The position numbers were made by a program, and so were the translations under genes. The notes under the pieces are model-generated. The model was not told where the DNA came from. It worked only from the letters and a program-made list of their open reading frames with translations, and ran no database searches. 64,000 bases of DNA from positions 10,867-74,866 of the IMG/VR virus record IMGVR_UViG_3300037155_000072. The stretch is one strand, 5' to 3'. This DNA is from a virus. Shown here in pieces: positions 47,664 to 55,673 of the stretch (its first letter is position 1; every line of letters begins with the position of its first letter).

Positions 47664-48554
47664 ATGGCACTTGTTCTCTCGGCATCGGACTCGGCACGCA
47701 TCCAGTGGGTTATCGACAACCTCATCACCGGAAGCGCGGGTAAATTCATCGACAGCACCTCAATCGAACAGCTCGCTCTCGTCTTCGGGCAGGAATGCGG
47801 TTTTCGATGTGGTTGCCCAGGCACTTTTCAAGAAGGCATGCGGGATACACCCTTCGCTACGCTTTTAACGGCGATGCTCTGCAAGAACATCACCCCAGCC
47901 CCTAACCCCATTGTTCCCGTCGTCCAGCTTCCGTGCGTGGACCTGTTGACCGCGAAGACCTATGCGATTTTGGCCAACACCGCAGTCACGAATACCGGCG
48001 CTTCGGTAATCAACGGGGACCTCGGCATCTCTGCGGGTAGCGCAGTGACCGGTTTCGATGTAATCGACGCAGGCCCGGGCCACGTGAACGGGGCTTACCA
48101 TATCACCGACGCGGCGGCTGCACAGGCCAAGCTCGACTTGACGGCCGCGTATCTCCTCGCCCAGGGGCTCACCCCCTCGACTCTCATCGCCGCCGACATC
48201 GCGGGAATGACCATCACTCCTGGAAACTACTTCGCTTCTTCAAGCTTGCAGGCCAGCACCAGTGTCACGTTCGACGGTCAGAACAACCCGGCCGCGTGTT
48301 TCGTGTTCCAGATTGAATCGAGTTGGGAACTGATGAGCGGCGCGTCTATCAACCTGATTAACGGTGCCCTGGCGTCCCGTATTTTCTTCAAGGTCGGCAG
48401 CTCCGCGACCCTAGACACTACGTCGTCAATGCAAGGAAATATCCTGGCGCTCACTTCTATCTCTGTGCTGACCGGCGCGCAGGTTCATGGCCGGTTGCTC
48501 GCGCGCAACGGCGCGGTGACATTACAAAGTAACACAATTTCCATTCCTGCATGA
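47664..48554 (+). CDS. Ice-binding protein (DUF3494 / IBP-1 fold)
   Basis: YAILA..AVTNTG.S.INGDLG; AQAKLDLTAAY; TITPGNY; FVFQI; NGA.ASRIFF.VGSSATL; GRLLARNGAVTL.SNTI. Confidence 0.9.
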   Translation: MALVLSASDSARIQWVIDNLITGSAGKFIDSTSIEQLALVFGQECGFRCGCPGTFQEGMRDTPFATLLTAMLCKNITPAPNPIVPVVQLPCVDLLTAKTYAILANTAVTNTGASVINGDLGISAGSAVTGFDVIDAGPGHVNGAYHITDAAAAQAKLDLTAAYLLAQGLTPSTLIAADIAGMTITPGNYFASSSLQASTSVTFDGQNNPAACFVFQIESSWELMSGASINLINGALASRIFFKVGSSATLDTTSSMQGNILALTSISVLTGAQVHGRLLARNGAVTLQSNTISIPA

Positions 48555-49000
48555 CAAAGAAATGCTCCAGGTGCGAGGTTGAAAAGTCCCTGGATGCGTT
48601 TTACAAACGTCCTGACCGCGCTAGGTGCAAAGAGTGTGAAGCGGAGATTCAACTCTTGAGCCATAGGGCGGACCCCAAAAAAGTAAACGCTAGAAATAAA
48701 TCCTGGCGGGATAGGAACCCCACGGCGGTTCGGGCCATGAACTTGAGGAGTCATTTTGGGATTTCTTTGGAGAAGTATGAGGCCCTGTTGTCGGCACAGA
48801 ACGGAGTGTGTGCCATTTGCGGGAGCCTCGACACGAGTGGGAAGCCGTTGGCCGTTGACCGCGTTCACGGCTCCAATCCCACAATCATTCGTGGGTTGCT
48901 ATGCCAGCAGTGTAATACAGCGATTGGGAGTTTACGGGATTCCCCCAGTAACTGCGCGGCCGCCGAAGCATATATTCTGAAGTTTCATCCTAAACATTAG
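48551..49000 (+). CDS. Endonuclease VII-like (His replaced by Arg)
   Basis: QNGVCAIC...LAVDRVH...RGLLCQQCN.AIG. Confidence 0.8.
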   Translation: MTKKCSRCEVEKSLDAFYKRPDRARCKECEAEIQLLSHRADPKKVNARNKSWRDRNPTAVRAMNLRSHFGISLEKYEALLSAQNGVCAICGSLDTSGKPLAVDRVHGSNPTIIRGLLCQQCNTAIGSLRDSPSNCAAAEAYILKFHPKH

Positions 49001-49059
49001 GACAACTACAATCGTAAATTGGGACTCGCTTTCTCTCTGTCCGGGTGTAATCTATTGGC

Positions 49060-49236
49060 ATGAAAAGAAAAGACGACGAAACATTTCCCCACCGGCTCGC
49101 CCGGCTGAAGCGCGAAGTGGCTCAGGAGAAGAAGCTCTGCCCCACGTGCGACCGGCCGATTGACCCCGGTAAAGATTGTCCGGACTGCACAATCAGCGAC
49201 GAAAAGACCGTAAAACTACTTTGGGAATATTATTGA
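49060..49236 (+). CDS. Small Zn-finger protein
   Basis: CPTC...CPDC. Confidence 0.5.
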   Translation: MKRKDDETFPHRLARLKREVAQEKKLCPTCDRPIDPGKDCPDCTISDEKTVKLLWEYY

Positions 49237-49237
49237 T

Positions 49238-49957
49238 ATGAAACGAGCAATCGCATACATCCGCGTGTCCGGCCTCGGGCAGGCGGACAAGGACGGCGAA
49301 TCCCGTCAATCAGAATCCATCCGCACCTTTTGCGTCACCAACGGGCTCCAGTATTGGGAGCAGCGGTTCGAGGTAATCTCGGGCACCGTCGAAGGGCTCG
49401 ACAGGCCAGTCTTTTCGGAGGTGCTGGAGTTGATTGCCAGTCAAGAAGATGCCCCGAACGTGGAGCACCTGGAGGCTCTTCAGAAAACCGACCGGCCGTG
49501 TATCGTGGTGGAGCGGATGGACCGATTTGCCCGCGATTTGATGGTCCAGGAACTCCTATTGCGCGAGTGTCGCGAGAGGGGTATCGAGGTTTACGCGGCC
49601 GACCAGCCGTTTATCGACATCGCCTCAGACCTGGGCGACCCTACCCGGAAGCTTTTTCGTCAGATTCTTGGGGCGCTCGCGGAGTGGGAAAAATCGGCCC
49701 TGGTGCTGAAACTCCGCAAGGCCCGCGACCGCAAGCGCGCGGAGACCGGCCGGTGCGAGGGGGTCCTTCCCTACCACCTCACGGCGGAGGGTATGGCGGT
49801 TATCAAGCGGATTGAAGCGGGCCGCGAATCAGGTGTAAGCGTTCCGGGGATTGCCCGGCGTTTAAACGAGTCGGGATTAACAACGCGAAACGGGAAGGGA
49901 TGGACTAAGCGAGCCGTCCTTCGCGTTTGGCAAAAATGGAAAGGTGTTAGAACATGA
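49238..49957 (+). CDS. Serine recombinase (resolvase/invertase family)
   Basis: AIAYIRVS..GQ; SG...DRP; ERMDRFARD; C-terminal IARRLNESG.TTR.GK.W. Confidence 0.9.
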   Translation: MKRAIAYIRVSGLGQADKDGESRQSESIRTFCVTNGLQYWEQRFEVISGTVEGLDRPVFSEVLELIASQEDAPNVEHLEALQKTDRPCIVVERMDRFARDLMVQELLLRECRERGIEVYAADQPFIDIASDLGDPTRKLFRQILGALAEWEKSALVLKLRKARDRKRAETGRCEGVLPYHLTAEGMAVIKRIEAGRESGVSVPGIARRLNESGLTTRNGKGWTKRAVLRVWQKWKGVRT

Positions 49958-50359
49958 GAGGCAATTTAGGAAAGCAGACCACGTATGCCGTTGAGGCGGC
50001 CGCGCAGACTCACAAAGAGGCGTGCGAGCTCCGGCTGGCGCGGATTACCAACGGCGCGGAGCCGTCGCAGAAAAACGGGCACGAGGTTAGGCTCGTCATT
50101 ACCGGACCCGGTAACGCCTGCCAGTGGCAGAGCACCTCGGGCCGCAAGACCCAGATTTTTCGGGGTCCGGCGGGTGCCAACGATTGGCGCAGGACTCATC
50201 CGGCTTGGGACTAATTATGGGAAACAAAACAAAAGAGCAGGTTAAGAGAGGGGACATGACGATTGCCATTGCCCTGAATCTGGTTGACCCAGGTTCGAAA
50301 ACATACGGCTGGCTGGTTCGCAGGAGCGCAAGGCTCGGGCGGACGAAGTAGCCTAGTAA

Positions 50360-50390
50360 GCAACAAGTCGCGTGCTGCTGGTGACTCTTC
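50360..50390 (+). promoter_or_regulatory. Candidate phage-sigma promoter GCAACA-N15-GTGACTCTTC
   Basis: Motif match before fibre gene. Confidence 0.45.
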
Positions 50391-50395
50391 CATGA

Positions 50396-51784
50396 GTGGC
50401 CAGCAGCACATTTTTTAAACTCGACGTAGGCGCACCCTTCACTTTGCCGGGCTTCCCGGCTAAGGAGGACGGCACTGCCGTAAACTACACCAAACTAGAC
50501 GCCGTTCGCGCGAAAGATGAATTCGGCCGGGTGTGGAGCTTTTCGCCAGCCCTCGCCATTGGAGCCCAGGGCACCCAAGGACAGTCTCCAGCCGTTCCCG
50601 CTAGCACCGGAGGGGGAACCGGCACCGGCTCCGGCACCGGCTCCAGCACAGGCCCCCGAGGAGAGACGGGCGGGACGGGGGCATCCGGAGCAACCGGAGC
50701 AACCGGAGCAACCGGAGCAACCGGAGCAACCGGAGCAACCGGAGCAACGGGTCCCGGGGTAATCCCCGGAGGCCAAGCCGGGCAAGTGTTGTCGAAAATA
50801 GACGCGACAAACTTCAACACCCAGTGGTTGACTCTCCTTCCCCGGACGGGACCGCTTCAGAGAACTATTCCGGCATCAGTCGGAGACTATATCGAGCTCG
50901 GAAATTTTAACCGCTCAAATGGGAGCCACGCTTTGCGAATCTCCGTCTCCGTGTCTGACCCCGGGTATAGTGCTGCAAAGGAGTATCTCGTCATAGCTGA
51001 CTACAATGCTACGGCGGGGTTTTGGCAAATCCTAGAACCTATTGCCGACACGGGACCTTTCGCCGGGTCAGATTTTGCAGTGGATATTAGAGTATCGAAC
51101 ACACAAGCCTTTCTTCGTATTCGAACAGTATCGGCTGGCGGCGCTGGCGGAATGGCCAACGTAATTTTGGAGGATGTGAGTTATCTGGCCGGTGGTGTTG
51201 AGGATTTATTTACCGTGCAAACGGGAACAGGGACGGCGAGCCCCATACCCTCCGTGACTTACAATCCTGGTCCGTTAGTTCCTCCCGGAGGAACTACGGG
51301 ACAAGTTCTTGCAAAGACAGACGGTGTAAATTTTCACACTCAGTGGAATACACCCGCCGCCGCACCCACCGTATATTTACTGTTCCGCGTGCTACCTGCC
51401 GCAGTGAACGACTTCATAGAAATCGGGAACCTTTTCCGAACCCACGGGGCACATAACTTCCGCCTGTCCGTAACGGTTTCCGACTCGGGCTACAGCCTTT
51501 CTAAGACCTTCATCGTAACCACGGCATACCACGTCGTTCCGACCGCTTGGCTGATTCTCACCCCAACATCCGACACGGGAAGCTTCTTTGGAAGTAATTT
51601 TGGTGTAGATATTCTAATCAACACAGCCACCACCTACCTGCGGTTACGCACCACGGCAGGCACAACCGCCAACGCCTACGTTGTGATTGAGGATGTCAGC
51701 TACCTAGCGGACGGCGGAGACCTCTTTACACCAACCTCCGCGACAGGAACCGCCTCGCCGGTCCCCAGCGTGCCCTACCCCTAA
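50396..51784 (+). CDS. Collagen-like fibre with duplicated ~170-aa beta domain
   Basis: (GAT)7; two PGG..GQVL.K...NF.TQW + beta-domain units. Confidence 0.8.
   Translation: MASSTFFKLDVGAPFTLPGFPAKEDGTAVNYTKLDAVRAKDEFGRVWSFSPALAIGAQGTQGQSPAVPASTGGGTGTGSGTGSSTGPRGETGGTGASGATGATGATGATGATGATGATGPGVIPGGQAGQVLSKIDATNFNTQWLTLLPRTGPLQRTIPASVGDYIELGNFNRSNGSHALRISVSVSDPGYSAAKEYLVIADYNATAGFWQILEPIADTGPFAGSDFAVDIRVSNTQAFLRIRTVSAGGAGGMANVILEDVSYLAGGVEDLFTVQTGTGTASPIPSVTYNPGPLVPPGGTTGQVLAKTDGVNFHTQWNTPAAAPTVYLLFRVLPAAVNDFIEIGNLFRTHGAHNFRLSVTVSDSGYSLSKTFIVTTAYHVVPTAWLILTPTSDTGSFFGSNFGVDILINTATTYLRLRTTAGTTANAYVVIEDVSYLADGGDLFTPTSATGTASPVPSVPYP
50685..50747 (+). repeat. 9-bp tandem repeat (CCGGAGCAA)x7
   Basis: Perfect copies encoding Gly-Ala-Thr. 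Confidence 0.95.
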
Positions 51785-51785
51785 A

Positions 51786-51971
51786 ATGGCCCAGCATGAC
51801 ACTTTTCTCCTGGTGCCGATAGGGAAGCAATTCACGGTTGCCGACTGGCACGCGAACGCGGACGGAACTTCCATAATCCTGACCAAACTCACCTCGGACA
51901 CCGCCAGCGACAGCACCGGCCGAGTGTGGAACTTCTTAGCCAGTCAAGGACTTAGGTGCTTCGAGCGGTGA
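51786..51971 (+). CDS. Small protein paralogous to fibre N-terminus
   Basis: TF.....G..FT.....A..DGT....TKL....A.D..GRVW.F shared. Confidence 0.7.
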   Translation: MAQHDTFLLVPIGKQFTVADWHANADGTSIILTKLTSDTASDSTGRVWNFLASQGLRCFER

Positions 51972-51974
51972 TGC

Positions 51975-52005
51975 GCAACGCGGCGGAGTAGAGGGGTAAC
52001 TGCTT
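51975..52005 (+). promoter_or_regulatory. Candidate phage-sigma promoter GCAACG-N15-GTAACTGCTT
   Basis: Motif match. Confidence 0.55.
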
Positions 52006-52012
52006 AGTGTTA

Positions 52013-52327
52013 ATGAACGTGTTCACCCACTACAGCGAGCCGCATGCGAAAAATCTTCGCCTGTGGATGCGTAGCTGGCAACAGAATGGCTACTGCCCGC
52101 AGCTAATATCCCGCCGAGAACTAGAATCCGCGACTATCAAGAAAGTCATCCGCCAGCGCGGGGGCGGGATTCTGGTCCGACCGGGCGCGTTCAACCTCGG
52201 GCACAAGCGAGGAAAGCCAGTGTGCAAATCGTTCGGCGCTTGCGGATGGGAGACTGCCAAGGTCGTTATTTTTTCTCCGTCCATTGCGGAGGACCTTATT
52301 TTGGAGTGTTTAAACAATGCTCCGTGA
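52013..52327 (+). CDS. Shortened paralog of glycosyltransferase 63203-63859
   Basis: MNV.T.Y...W.RSW...G..P...GGG shared; lacks DxD. Confidence 0.5.
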   Translation: MNVFTHYSEPHAKNLRLWMRSWQQNGYCPQLISRRELESATIKKVIRQRGGGILVRPGAFNLGHKRGKPVCKSFGACGWETAKVVIFSPSIAEDLILECLNNAP

Positions 52328-54293
52328 CCCTTCACTAAAGCCCATCGCCGTCAGCGTCGCGGCGAAGCTGCACAAGCGGCTTCACTACGACGCGGCCCAG
52401 GAGGTTGCCGACTTCTGTAAAATCTCCGTGAAGTTCAGCGCCAAGACCGCACCCGAAAAATATGAACCGCTACTCCAGAATTTCCTCCATACCTTGCTCG
52501 AAAGAGGAGGAATGGCCGAAGCAGCCCAGATGCTTTGGACGCCCAACCAATTCACCTCCGAGCCCCAGTCAGTTCAAGACGTTTGGGGACTGTTCGATAC
52601 CTCCGATATGGGACTCATCATGGGAGCAGCCAAAATGGGAAAGTCTTTTTCCATGGGAGCTCGCCTTTTCCTGGAGTGGATTCGAGACCCCGAATGGACT
52701 TCCATCCGAGTCCTAGGCCCAAGTGAAAACCACTTAGAGCAAAACTTATTCTCTCACATAGTAGCATTACACTCTCATGCAACTCTACCCATGCCCGGCT
52801 CTATTGGGGACCTGTTTATCGGTCTTGACCGTCGCGACCAGCTTTCATCTATTAGAGGGGTTGTTATCCCCAAAGGAACCTCGAAGAAAGCGGGCAAACT
52901 TCAGGGTTCACACCGTAGGCCGCGACCCAACCCCCATCCTCTCTTCGGCCCTCTGTCCCGGATGTTCCTTTTCATTGACGAAATCGAGAACGTCCCCAAT
53001 GGTGTTTGGCTCGACGTTGATAACGTGCTCTCAGAAATCGAAGAGCAGCGAGTCGGACAATCAGACTTGGCGAACTCCGGATTTAAAATCTTCGGAGCTT
53101 ATAACCCCACGAATGCCTCTGACGAAGTTGCAAAGCGAGCTGAGCCTCCATTTGGATACGCCGACCTTGATGAGGATAAACACTTTCGTTGGAAGTCCAA
53201 GCGCGGATGGGACGTATTACGAATCGACGGTGAACGGTGCGAAAACGTGCTGGCCAAACGAATCATTTTCCCCGGACTACAAACCTGTGCCGGTCTAGAG
53301 AAGATTGCACAGAACGCTGGCGGGCGAACCGCCTCGGGCTATCGGACGATGGGGCGCGGGATGTATCCCAGCCAGGGCCTGGACGCTACCGTCATTCCGC
53401 CCGGGATGTTGGCGAAGTGGGTTGGTGAGTTTATTTGGACCGGCGAGCCGATTTCTGTCGGAGCGACGGACCTCGCGCTAGAGGGGGGCGACCCGGCGAT
53501 TTATACCCTGGGCGCTTTCGGCCTTGCGAGTGGGATTAAGTGGCCGCCCAGCCTGGACCACCCCAAGGGACATACGGTCATGTTCAAGGACCGGAATGGC
53601 GCTGTGACTCCCCGGTGGGGGCTTCAGGCGCTGAAGCAATTCGCATTACAGCCTGGGGAGACTGTAAGCATGAAAAACAGCGTCCTTGTTGTAAATCGTA
53701 AAGCCGGGGTGCGCGGGGAATACTACGCCTGCGACCGAACCGGGCACGGGGCCGGAGTAGCCGATTTACTTCGCTACGAATGGAGTCAGTCGATTCATGA
53801 CGTGAACTATTCGGAGGGCTCAGGCGAAGAGAAGATAATGCTGGAGGATAGCAAGAATTGTCATGACGCCTTTGAACGAATGTTTTCCGTGCTCTGGTTC
53901 GCAACGCGCGCCTGGGGCGAATTCAACTATCTCTTGCTGCACCCGTCAATGGATATGTCGAAGTTGGGGCAACAGCTCACTCTACGACGTTTTCAAATGT
54001 CAGCCGGGAAGTCCAAAGTGGAGTCTAAGAAGGACTATAAGTCCCGGGGATTTGAGTCTCCGAACGAAGCGGACTCCCTCACTCTTTTGGTTCACGCCGC
54101 GCGCAAGGGCAGCGGTCTGGTGCTCTCTATGCGGGGAGATTCAGTCGCAGGCCCCGACGACGGACAGGACGACGACTGGCCTACTCCTGGGATGCGCAAC
54201 GGGGTAATGATTGATGAATCAAACAGAAGTCAGTGGCTCAACCCGGATGCGGAGGACCAGGACTTACGCGATATATACAATGCTATTTTATGA
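52317..54293 (+). CDS. Terminase large subunit
   Basis: GAAKMGKS, FLFIDE, YNP, TDLALEGGD, DRTG.GAGV, SPNEAD. Confidence 0.85.
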   Translation: MLRDPSLKPIAVSVAAKLHKRLHYDAAQEVADFCKISVKFSAKTAPEKYEPLLQNFLHTLLERGGMAEAAQMLWTPNQFTSEPQSVQDVWGLFDTSDMGLIMGAAKMGKSFSMGARLFLEWIRDPEWTSIRVLGPSENHLEQNLFSHIVALHSHATLPMPGSIGDLFIGLDRRDQLSSIRGVVIPKGTSKKAGKLQGSHRRPRPNPHPLFGPLSRMFLFIDEIENVPNGVWLDVDNVLSEIEEQRVGQSDLANSGFKIFGAYNPTNASDEVAKRAEPPFGYADLDEDKHFRWKSKRGWDVLRIDGERCENVLAKRIIFPGLQTCAGLEKIAQNAGGRTASGYRTMGRGMYPSQGLDATVIPPGMLAKWVGEFIWTGEPISVGATDLALEGGDPAIYTLGAFGLASGIKWPPSLDHPKGHTVMFKDRNGAVTPRWGLQALKQFALQPGETVSMKNSVLVVNRKAGVRGEYYACDRTGHGAGVADLLRYEWSQSIHDVNYSEGSGEEKIMLEDSKNCHDAFERMFSVLWFATRAWGEFNYLLLHPSMDMSKLGQQLTLRRFQMSAGKSKVESKKDYKSRGFESPNEADSLTLLVHAARKGSGLVLSMRGDSVAGPDDGQDDDWPTPGMRNGVMIDESNRSQWLNPDAEDQDLRDIYNAIL

Positions 54294-54754
54294 AAACAAT
54301 CGAATTAACTCAGGGAAAATTTGCTCTCGTGGACGACGAAGATTTTGACGAGTTGTCCCAGTATAAGTGGTGTGCAACTCGTCATGAGGAACTCTGGTAT
54401 GCCGTTCGTAGCTCCTCACTACCTAACGGGAAACGGGTTAAGATGCATCAGCATATTTTACCCGGGGAACCCCGACTAGACCATCGAGACGGCGACGGGT
54501 TAAATAATCAGCGGCACAACATTCGCCCAGCGACGACCACACAAAACGGCCAGAACCGAAAACCTAACAAAAATAATAGGGTAGGGTTTAAGGGCGTTTC
54601 CCAGAATTTTCAGGCGAGAATACGGGTCAATGGAGTCCTTAAGTGCCTTGGAACGTTTGATTCGGCCCGGGAAGCGGCATCGGCCTATGATTCGGCGGCC
54701 CTTGAATTTTTTGGGGAGTTTGCGCGATTAAATTTTCCACGGGAGGTTGGATGA
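54290..54754 (+). CDS. HNH-AP2 homing endonuclease
   Basis: MKTIELTQGKFALVDD; LDHRDGDGLNNQRHNIR; [18 protein letters not shown]. Confidence 0.9.
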   Translation: MKTIELTQGKFALVDDEDFDELSQYKWCATRHEELWYAVRSSSLPNGKRVKMHQHILPGEPRLDHRDGDGLNNQRHNIRPATTTQNGQNRKPNKNNRVGFKGVSQNFQARIRVNGVLKCLGTFDSAREAASAYDSAALEFFGEFARLNFPREVG

Positions 54755-55326
54755 AACGCCTAAACCCCAACCTCTACCCCAAAGACGGATTTTGGTTTAA
54801 AGACAGTGACGGCGTTGACCACCGCGCGGACACGTGGCCCGGCGTCATTGCCCGAGTGGTGAAGTATAGACAGCGCGCCGGGCATCCCCCGGGAAATCCG
54901 GCGGTAGAGGTTATTGAGCAGGCGTGCCAGCGAAACGCGGGTCTCTGCCATGAGGAAACGGGGAGCCCTTCGCAGGACCTGCAAAAAGCCAGTTTGAAGA
55001 GTCGGGTGCTCGCGTGGCTGACTTATGCGCGAGAAGAAAAAACGAAGGGCATGATTGAATACGTGGATGCTCAGACGGCTGCCGCGCGCGCCCAGGTCTG
55101 CGCGGGGTGCCCAATGAATCAGCCCCTTCAAGAGAGCTGTTCCTCCTGCCGGGCGGCCCTGGACGAGCTCCGGAAAGATATTCTAGGCCGTCGAACTCTC
55201 GATAAGCGGCTGAACGGTTGCCTCCTCCTCGGGGAGGATATGCAAACTGCCGCGCATCTGGAGCGGGTTACGATGGAGAATGGCGAGCTCCCCGGGTGTT
55301 GCTGGCGTAGGAGGACCCCGCCGTGA
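54751..55326 (+). CDS. Cys-rich hypothetical protein
   Basis: RAQVCAGCP.N...CSSC...C...CCW. Confidence 0.6.
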   Translation: MKRLNPNLYPKDGFWFKDSDGVDHRADTWPGVIARVVKYRQRAGHPPGNPAVEVIEQACQRNAGLCHEETGSPSQDLQKASLKSRVLAWLTYAREEKTKGMIEYVDAQTAAARAQVCAGCPMNQPLQESCSSCRAALDELRKDILGRRTLDKRLNGCLLLGEDMQTAAHLERVTMENGELPGCCWRRRTPP

Positions 55327-55589
55327 GCCTTTTCTGGAACTTTTTCAAAGCCTGGGCGCGCGTCCAGTGGGCGAAGGTGAGAGGGTATGAGGTGCTGGCG
55401 TCTCCTTTTGTCGCCCAGGTTCGGTTCGATGGGGGTTGCCGGGATTGCCCGCTTTTTGACGGGGCACAATGCACGATTTGCCACTGTTTGGCGCAAGCCA
55501 AGGTGATGATTGCTTCGGAACGGTGCCCAATCGGCACCTGGGGGCCTGTTTGGATAAAAAGGAAGCGACGACCCCGGAGGGTAAAGTAA
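55323..55589 (+). CDS. Cys-rich small protein (DUF6171-like)
   Basis: CRDCP....CTICHC...K......CPIG.W. Confidence 0.6.
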   Translation: MSLFWNFFKAWARVQWAKVRGYEVLASPFVAQVRFDGGCRDCPLFDGAQCTICHCLAQAKVMIASERCPIGTWGPVWIKRKRRPRRVK

Positions 55590-55595
55590 CAGTTT
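55565..55595 (+). promoter_or_regulatory. Candidate phage-sigma promoter GCGACG-N15-GTAACAGTTT
   Basis: Motif match upstream of portal. Confidence 0.45.
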
Positions 55596-55613
55596 CCTTG
55601 ATGACGTATCTCC

Positions 55614-55673
55614 ATGAAAGAAATTGAATTGACGCAGGCTCACCGAAACTTTGTGGGGGTGTCTCGTGCCTGA
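55614..55673 (+). pseudogene. N-terminal stub of HNH-AP2 gene
   Basis: MKEIELTQ matches MKTIELTQ of 54290. Confidence 0.45.

Noticed and set aside
50685-50747. CRISPR-like array
   Set aside because: Spacerless 9-bp coding repeat for collagen Gly-Ala-Thr
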